Under the pieces are notes generated by a model. That model was given only the letters and a program-made list of their open reading frames with translations. It had not been told where the DNA came from and made no database searches. The translations under genes and the position numbers were made by a program. A stretch of 37,915 nucleotides of DNA from a virus, in the IMG/VR virus record IMGVR_UViG_3300009943_000002, positions 1 through 37,915 of that record; one strand, given 5' to 3'. This document shows, piece by piece, positions 32,849 through 37,915 of the stretch (its first letter is position 1; every line of letters starts with the position of its first letter).

Positions 32849-33112
32849 TCATTTCTTCTTTTTCTTTTTCCCAACAACTACTGATTGCCCCATTTGCTTC
32901 TTCGGCTTCTTCCCGTTTGGCTTCTTCTTTGCCATTGCTATCACCTCCTTTACGAATTCTGGGTTGTTATGAGCAGCATCCTCCACAATCCTCAACACCA
33001 CTTCTTCGATCATGTCAGAGGCTTGCAGTATGGTAAAATCCCACCAAGGCCGAAGCTTCAGCACCACCCCTACCCCAATACTATTTAGGACCATCCACCT
33101 ATCACTGTCCAC
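32849..33112 (-). CDS. Hypothetical protein with a poly-Lys C-terminal tail (87 aa)
   Basis: The C-terminus is KKKPNGKKPKKQMGQSVVVGKKKKKK. Confidence 0.45.
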   Translation of the reverse strand: MDSDRWMVLNSIGVGVVLKLRPWWDFTILQASDMIEEVVLRIVEDAAHNNPEFVKEVIAMAKKKPNGKKPKKQMGQSVVVGKKKKKK

Positions 33113-33509
33113 TGGGGCTTACCTCAATCCGCAACCGGATCGGAACAGTTACAGTAGAGAAATCGAAAGTATAGGAGCACTCATTGCTTGGCCCGCTTTC
33201 AAAACCACTCGTGGCGACAGCGGTGGCAACAAAGTAGAGCGTCGTCTTTTGTCCGCTTGGGACGGTCAGAACCGTTGTAGCGGTATAGGTGGGTTTGGCT
33301 TGGCCATCATATGGGACTACAACGAATGTCTCGTATGGCCCGCCAGGGGCGGAGGATTTCTTGATGCGCCATTCCTTCAGCACTGGCAGGTCATTGGCAT
33401 CCTGCTCCCAAGCGAAGGTGACGGACTTGTCTGCCGAGAACCCGAAATTAACCCACCAGAACAATAGACATAAAACGACGATGATTGCCGGCCAAAGTAT
33501 CCTTCTCAT
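33102..33509 (-). CDS. Signal-anchored FN3-like domain protein
   Basis: N-terminal hydrophobic segment ILWPAIIVVLCLLFWWV. FAWEQD...W...YFVATAVATSGFESGPSNE follows the fibronectin type III pattern. Confidence 0.55.
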   Translation of the reverse strand: MRRILWPAIIVVLCLLFWWVNFGFSADKSVTFAWEQDANDLPVLKEWRIKKSSAPGGPYETFVVVPYDGQAKPTYTATTVLTVPSGQKTTLYFVATAVATSGFESGPSNECSYTFDFSTVTVPIRLRIEVSPSGQ

Positions 33510-34045
33510 AGTTCCTCCTGCACTAAGGCTGCATAAACATCTTCAGTCAATATCCCCTCGAAGATGACGGTCATGTCCTTGTCAATGCGCCATTTATCAG
33601 CCAGGTCATCTGGGGTCAACCCATAAACGATGTTCTTGAAACCTGCACCATCCATGAACTTCCCTGTCAATTCCGAGCATACTCCCGGTCCAAAGGCGAA
33701 GAATTTGGAAATGCGAAATAGATGCAGAGGCAATCTCCATACCGGATACAGTTTCCCAATCATGGGCTTGATGGCTCGATAGCCCATTAGGAACCTTGGC
33801 ATAGACATGTCCTTGTGACGAACGATCATAGCTTGCTTGCCGATGATGTCCCGGAGATGGTATTTACTGATACGCCACTTCGCCTCAATTGTGTTGCCGT
33901 ATCTGGAGACAATGACGCCGGCATGATTGTAGGTGCTCTCATTGTCGGTGGACCAGAACCATTGCACCACTCTGATGGCCCAAGGGATGAAACCGTTGGT
34001 CTTAACGACGAAGAGGTCACCTTGCTTGATTTTCTCCACTATCAT
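33506..34045 (-). CDS. Permuted papain-like (NlpC/P60 superfamily, YiiX/C92-type) hydrolase
   Basis: QGDLFVV...YNHAGVIV (His) precedes GVCSELTGKF (Cys), which is the circularly permuted catalytic order. I chose ATG 34045 (ATGA overlap). Confidence 0.5.
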   Translation of the reverse strand: MIVEKIKQGDLFVVKTNGFIPWAIRVVQWFWSTDNESTYNHAGVIVSRYGNTIEAKWRISKYHLRDIIGKQAMIVRHKDMSMPRFLMGYRAIKPMIGKLYPVWRLPLHLFRISKFFAFGPGVCSELTGKFMDGAGFKNIVYGLTPDDLADKWRIDKDMTVIFEGILTEDVYAALVQEEL

Positions 34046-34350
34046 TTCGTCTTGCCTCTCCCCCAAAAATCGGATTTCTTTGTGGAGTAATACACAATAC
34101 AAGACCCACCATTAATTTCCAGATAGATACCATTGGGGCAATGGATCGGAGCGGAATGAAGCACCCCGTCAGTCGGCTTGTTTCCGTCGGCCACAAATTG
34201 TTCCACCAGGCTGCCGGAATTATCCTGCCCGTTGTAAATCTTGATGGTCCTATTGGCCCCGCCAGTAACCGCCACCACTCCGCAATAGACACAATCTCCA
34301 GTATAGATGATACTGTTTGCCGTCTTTTCACCCGAAGAATATTTGATCAT
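34042..34350 (-). CDS. Hypothetical beta-rich protein (102 aa)
   Basis: AAGGTGAAG SD. Confidence 0.5.
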   Translation of the reverse strand: MIKYSSGEKTANSIIYTGDCVYCGVVAVTGGANRTIKIYNGQDNSGSLVEQFVADGNKPTDGVLHSAPIHCPNGIYLEINGGSCIVYYSTKKSDFWGRGKTK

Positions 34351-34359
34351 GTCTTCACC

Positions 34360-34530
34360 TTACCCTAATATCGTGCTGAATGAAGTAGCCAGAATACTGA
34401 CCCACCTGACCAAGGAAGGGCTCATACTGGGGAGCACATCCATAACGCCCCAGGAGGCGAAGCGATTTGCCCGCCGCTGAGCGCTGGCGGCCCCATAAAA
34501 TCCCCATCCCACGAAGGGTAAATAATTCAT
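34360..34530 (-). CDS. Small hydrophobic protein (56 aa), below the ORF-track cut-off
   Basis: MNYLPFVGWGFYGAASAQRR...VRWVSILATSFSTILG. ATGA overlap with the upstream stop. Confidence 0.45.
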   Translation of the reverse strand: MNYLPFVGWGFYGAASAQRRANRFASWGVMDVLPSMSPSLVRWVSILATSFSTILG

Positions 34531-34835
34531 AGTTTACCGGTCAGGGCCATCCAGGCCTTCTTGAAACGTCCGCCCTCGACCCTCTTGGTCAGGAGTTGAT
34601 CCATTAAGAGTTTGCCTTCTTCCAGATGTAACCTTTCGGCATTCCGCAACAGTTCCACATCCAACTCATGGCCATCCGGGAAGGTTTCCCCCTTTTCCAG
34701 CCGATCATAGACCGCTTCCATAGCATTGGCGATTACGACGGGCGAGAAACCCTTCTTCCTCAACCAGGCAATCTGTCCTTCAGGCGTTCGTAGGCCGCCC
34801 TCAGCGTAAGGTTCAATCAATTTCTGGTAGTCCAT
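34527..34835 (-). CDS. Hypothetical protein (102 aa)
   Basis: Coupled to the fibre gene stop. Confidence 0.5.
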   Translation of the reverse strand: MDYQKLIEPYAEGGLRTPEGQIAWLRKKGFSPVVIANAMEAVYDRLEKGETFPDGHELDVELLRNAERLHLEEGKLLMDQLLTKRVEGGRFKKAWMALTGKL

Positions 34836-35881
34836 TATTCCAACCTCTTTCTCGTTGTCTTGGTAGAATCATCGGTCAGGCAATTGGTGACCGAGAACTT
34901 GACGGTTGTCGAATTATCTTCGTATAGCGTCACAGTTCCAGTCGAGTCCGTAACCTCCATCTTATTTCGCACTATATCCTCGATCAAGTCAACTACGCTA
35001 TCTACCGTATCTATGGCCGATTTTAGAGCAGAATTGCCATAGGTTCCGTTCGTCACAACGGCATAAGCATCCCCACTCTGCGGATGGTGAGTCCCCGAAG
35101 CCAGCGTCCCAATAATCCTCGTCAGCAAGGTCTGAACATCGGCGTTGAGTGCGACAGCCCCCCCACTCAAATTATCCAGGTATCCGGCCCTGGTAGCGGT
35201 CAATCGGCTTTCCAGATCATCCACATATCCCTTGATCTGGGCATTGCCATAGGTGGCATCGGAAACCACGGCATAGGCATCACCAGATTGCGGATTGTGT
35301 GTCCCAGCTGCTATGGTCCCTACCAGCCTGGTAAGGTTGTCCAGATAGCCCGCCCTGGTATCGGTCCAGGTAGTATTCGATAGGGCAGTAGCCGCCGCCG
35401 CTCTGGAGCTAATCGTAGCATCCAGTTGAGCACCTAAATCTCTTGCCGTCTGCGCCGTTCCAGCCACATTGACCACATTGACGCCTATTTGGGCGGTGGT
35501 AGTAGAAACTGCCGAACCAGCAATTTGCCGCACATCAACCTGAGCGTAAGAGGACCCATAGAACGCATCAAACTCTTGGGCCGAAATAACTTCGAATTCG
35601 TGCCAGACGGGAAGGGCACCCGACATGTTGACAGCGATAACCAGCCTCCCAAGGGTATTGGTGTCGGTTGCGTCCAGGGTGCAATAGTAATAGCCGTTGG
35701 CGATATGAGTGGCCCCGCCCGAATTCTTATTAGCAAAACTGGTAGCGTTGTGCTTGGCCAGTTTTATGTCGGTGTTAGCAATGCTCAACCCGGTCTCCGC
35801 CGTCTTCCCATCGGTATCATCGAGAAATGGGCCAAGGATAATTGTCTGCGAAGCCGTGTTGTATTTTAGAGGAAGTGCCAT
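34835..35881 (-). CDS. Fibre-like virion protein with an internal duplication
   Basis: 348 aa, Thr/Ala/Gly-rich. TRAGYLDNL...G(T/H)H(N/H)PQSGDAYAVV...TYGN occurs twice. Confidence 0.55.
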   Translation of the reverse strand: MALPLKYNTASQTIILGPFLDDTDGKTAETGLSIANTDIKLAKHNATSFANKNSGGATHIANGYYYCTLDATDTNTLGRLVIAVNMSGALPVWHEFEVISAQEFDAFYGSSYAQVDVRQIAGSAVSTTTAQIGVNVVNVAGTAQTARDLGAQLDATISSRAAAATALSNTTWTDTRAGYLDNLTRLVGTIAAGTHNPQSGDAYAVVSDATYGNAQIKGYVDDLESRLTATRAGYLDNLSGGAVALNADVQTLLTRIIGTLASGTHHPQSGDAYAVVTNGTYGNSALKSAIDTVDSVVDLIEDIVRNKMEVTDSTGTVTLYEDNSTTVKFSVTNCLTDDSTKTTRKRLE

Positions 35882-36939
35882 TAACCAGTCCTCCTACGTC
35901 GGTAATAGGCCATGAAGATGGGGAGAGAACTTCCGCCGCCAGCGGCTACATATTGATCCGCCCCGATGTCCCAGGTAGACCCACGGGATTCGCCGTCTAT
36001 GTCATCAGAGAACGCCAGATAAGAATCGCTCGATAAGTTCGCACCATAACCCCTTGCCCCAGTGTCTGTTGAGGCAAGATGATAGTTTTTGTTAGCCTCG
36101 TCAATGAAAGTAACCGTTACTGCATTGCGGGGGTTAGACCCTGGGGCGTCGGTTTGGGATGGACCAGAGAGGTTGTTGGTAGAGGAAGAAGAGACGGTGC
36201 CGCTATAATTGTCAGAGTTGTTATAGGAAATGTTATTTTTGAGAATAACGTTTGTGCCGTAAGAGCCTGAAGCAAAACCAATGTAGTGACCTGTGCAGGT
36301 GTTGTTGTAAAGGTAAGCATTCCTGGTTATGCCGGAATTATTACTAACGCTCATACCATATGAATTTGCATATCTTGTTCCATCAAAGTAGATGATGTTG
36401 TTCCAAATAGACATATTTTGATTATAGGACGAGGTTCCACTAATTCCATAAGTCGCCCCACTGGTTTTCGAAGAACTTTGAGCTAATCTGATTAAGCAAT
36501 TTGAAATATAGGTCATGGATGAGACATTGTTATAATAAATATTAATTGCGCTTGGATTTGATCCATTCGCTTGGTCATAGAGATATATTTGAATACCATC
36601 TATATAAACATATTGCACTCGTATTATAATAGCTCCTACCCAACTTGTAGCGGTGTATTCGATTCTAAACTTGCTGGTATCATACACTCCACTATGTCTA
36701 TACCCATCGCTTCGGTCGGCATATATCTGGATATAGTGTGTTGGGTCTGTAGCGAAGGTATCAATATCTGTTGACGACGTAAGTGCAGCTCCGGTAGTGC
36801 ATTTACATCGTGCCACCAAATAGACATTAGAGGATACCAGATTGGGATAGCTGGTGTTCATCGCCGATTCCCAAGCGGCCAATGAAGTGTAGTCTCCGGA
36901 GCCGCCGGTATCCACAATTTTTTCAACCATCACAGCCAT
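35881..36939 (-). CDS. Right-handed beta-helix (pectate-lyase-fold) tailspike / depolymerase candidate
   Basis: 352 aa with GGSGDYTSLAAWE at the N-terminus and repetitive Asn/Ser/Gly/Ile-rich rungs (IWNNIIY, LYNNTCTG, ILKNNISYNN). FIDEANKNYHLASTDTGARGYG...DIDGESRG..WDIGADQY is the typical C-terminal signature. Confidence 0.65.
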   Translation of the reverse strand: MAVMVEKIVDTGGSGDYTSLAAWESAMNTSYPNLVSSNVYLVARCKCTTGAALTSSTDIDTFATDPTHYIQIYADRSDGYRHSGVYDTSKFRIEYTATSWVGAIIIRVQYVYIDGIQIYLYDQANGSNPSAINIYYNNVSSMTYISNCLIRLAQSSSKTSGATYGISGTSSYNQNMSIWNNIIYFDGTRYANSYGMSVSNNSGITRNAYLYNNTCTGHYIGFASGSYGTNVILKNNISYNNSDNYSGTVSSSSTNNLSGPSQTDAPGSNPRNAVTVTFIDEANKNYHLASTDTGARGYGANLSSDSYLAFSDDIDGESRGSTWDIGADQYVAAGGGSSLPIFMAYYRRRRTG

Positions 36940-37358
36940 TACGCAAAATCCCCTGCAGCTTCGCCGGTCTTGAGATTACGCAGGTAATTCTTCAATGCCG
37001 TCCAACTAACATCTTGCCCTACAACAATCACCCCTTTTTGGGTGGCCGCAGTCTTGAGCGCATTGGGCACATTGTCATAATTCAATTTCCACAACCTTCG
37101 AGCCATCACTTTCATAATAGGTCGACCGTCTGGATCGTATAGGCCGATATCTTCGCTGTATTCTTCGATGAACTTGAGCGCTTTTTCTTTGGGCACGCCC
37201 GGGATCTTGAGGACAAAAAACTGAGGCGGCCTTTCTTCTCTGCCCCAAGGATGGCCGTCGTCCATCACCACAACCGGCATCCCAGTCTTCCAGCAACGCT
37301 GGTCGACTTCCGGATCAGGATCGGTGCGCTGGCTGAGTTTGATCAAGAGTTCGCACAT
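36939..37358 (-). CDS. Hypothetical protein (139 aa)
   Basis: I chose ATG 37358 because the longer track ORF overlaps the cement gene and the hairpin. There is no clear SD. Confidence 0.45.
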   Translation of the reverse strand: MCELLIKLSQRTDPDPEVDQRCWKTGMPVVVMDDGHPWGREERPPQFFVLKIPGVPKEKALKFIEEYSEDIGLYDPDGRPIMKVMARRLWKLNYDNVPNALKTAATQKGVIVVGQDVSWTALKNYLRNLKTGEAAGDFA

Positions 37359-37373
37359 TGCAAAATGATTTCT

Positions 37374-37396
37374 GGGGGGGGCAAGATGCCCCCCGC
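37374..37396 (-). terminator. GC hairpin after the cement-like gene (partial terminator/attenuator)
   Basis: On the minus strand GGGGGGC-atctt-GCCCCCC begins 14 nt after the TAA. There is no strong U-tract. Confidence 0.4.
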
Positions 37397-37407
37397 AAAT
37401 TGAGGGT

Positions 37408-37848
37408 TTACTTGTCGCTTTCCGAATCCATTCCGATCCAGGCATTGACCGTTCCGGCGGTCATGTCGGCGGTCCCGACCGTATAGACCAGCTTCAAATA
37501 CCGGTTCAAATTGACGGGCAGAGGAACACTCAGAATGTTATACCCGGCCACCAAAGAAGCCTTTCCGATGGCTGGCGTCGCAATATTGGCCTGGGTATAG
37601 GTCCCGCCCACCGTAGCACAGTGCTGAAGTGCTACGGTAAGAGTGGCCGATCCGGCGGAAGCAAATGCCGTTCCGACCCTAACATTCAGCCAAAGAGGTT
37701 TGGCCGCCTGTCCGGGATTGGCAGAAGCGGCGCTTCCAAAGGCATCATATCCGGCCCCAAGATCGACAATATTGGTGCTGTTGGCGCTCCCGGTAGTGGT
37801 CAGGGCCTGGTCTTCACTGAAAATAAGTTTGGAATCCATAATAGCCAT
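37408..37848 (-). CDS. Capsid cement/decoration protein candidate (BPP-1 Bbp16-like by position and size)
   Basis: ATG 37848 follows GGAGGTG and lies 13 nt after the capsid TAG. The 146-aa protein is beta-rich and Ala/Gly/Thr-rich (MAIMDSKLIFSEDQALTTTGSANSTNIVDLG). Confidence 0.5.
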   Translation of the reverse strand: MAIMDSKLIFSEDQALTTTGSANSTNIVDLGAGYDAFGSAASANPGQAAKPLWLNVRVGTAFASAGSATLTVALQHCATVGGTYTQANIATPAIGKASLVAGYNILSVPLPVNLNRYLKLVYTVGTADMTAGTVNAWIGMDSESDK

Positions 37849-37861
37849 ATCATTCACCTCC

Positions 37862-37915
37862 CTACGAGACCGCAGATTCGGTATCGAGGATAGCATCCAC
37901 TTTCCGAACCGGGCA
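37862..37915 (-). CDS. 3' end of the major capsid gene (continuation of 1-957 across the circular junction)
   Basis: TAG lies at 37864-37862. 37874-37915 duplicates 1-42. Confidence 0.8.
   Translation of the reverse strand, partial: CPVRKVDAILDTESAVS

Noticed and set aside
34835-35881. A diversity-generating retroelement, considered because the head module looks BPP-1-like and the fibre gene contains two related DNA segments (about 35036-35200 and 35247-35365).
   Set aside because: The closed genome has no reverse-transcriptase-sized ORF or YxDD-type motif. The two segments differ by substitutions at all four bases plus an indel, not by adenine-specific changes. Both are in-frame parts of one protein, so this is an ordinary internal duplication.

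Overview
The window is a complete, circularly closed temperate phage genome of about 37.87 kb. Bases 1-42 recur exactly at 37874-37915, and the major capsid gene reads across that junction.

Almost all genes are on the minus strand. In transcription order they are:
- terS, terL, portal, scaffold, capsid and a cement-like gene (a BPP-1/T7-like head module)
- three fibre/spike-type genes
- a tightly coupled ~5-kb accessory/lysis block with a SleB-type endolysin, a metallophosphoesterase, a permuted papain-like hydrolase, an FN3 protein and a lipoprotein
- a T7-style tail/ejectosome module (gp11-, gp12-, gp13-, gp14-, gp15- and gp16-like genes plus a tail fibre)

The minus-strand early operon holds a cro-like HTH gene, a PD-(D/E)XK nuclease, an inserted HNH homing endonuclease, RusA, and a replication initiator with internal iteron-like repeats. 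It diverges from a plus-strand cI-like repressor and a tyrosine integrase. Downstream of int lies an attP containing a tRNA 3' end flanked by five ACCTTGC arm repeats.

Other plus-strand genes form a moron island at 6.6-7.9 kb:
- a strongly promoted unknown ORF
- a minimal anti-sigma-like protein with the HxxxCxxC zinc motif (ZAS type)
- an orphan RHH antitoxin-like gene with tandem 20-bp operators

The most unusual signal is an exact 22-bp repeat. One copy sits in the int mRNA leader. Its reverse complement sits in the early lytic transcript. A consensus promoter also reads antisense through the cro-like gene.

All family assignments come from motif recognition by eye. No database search was possible.
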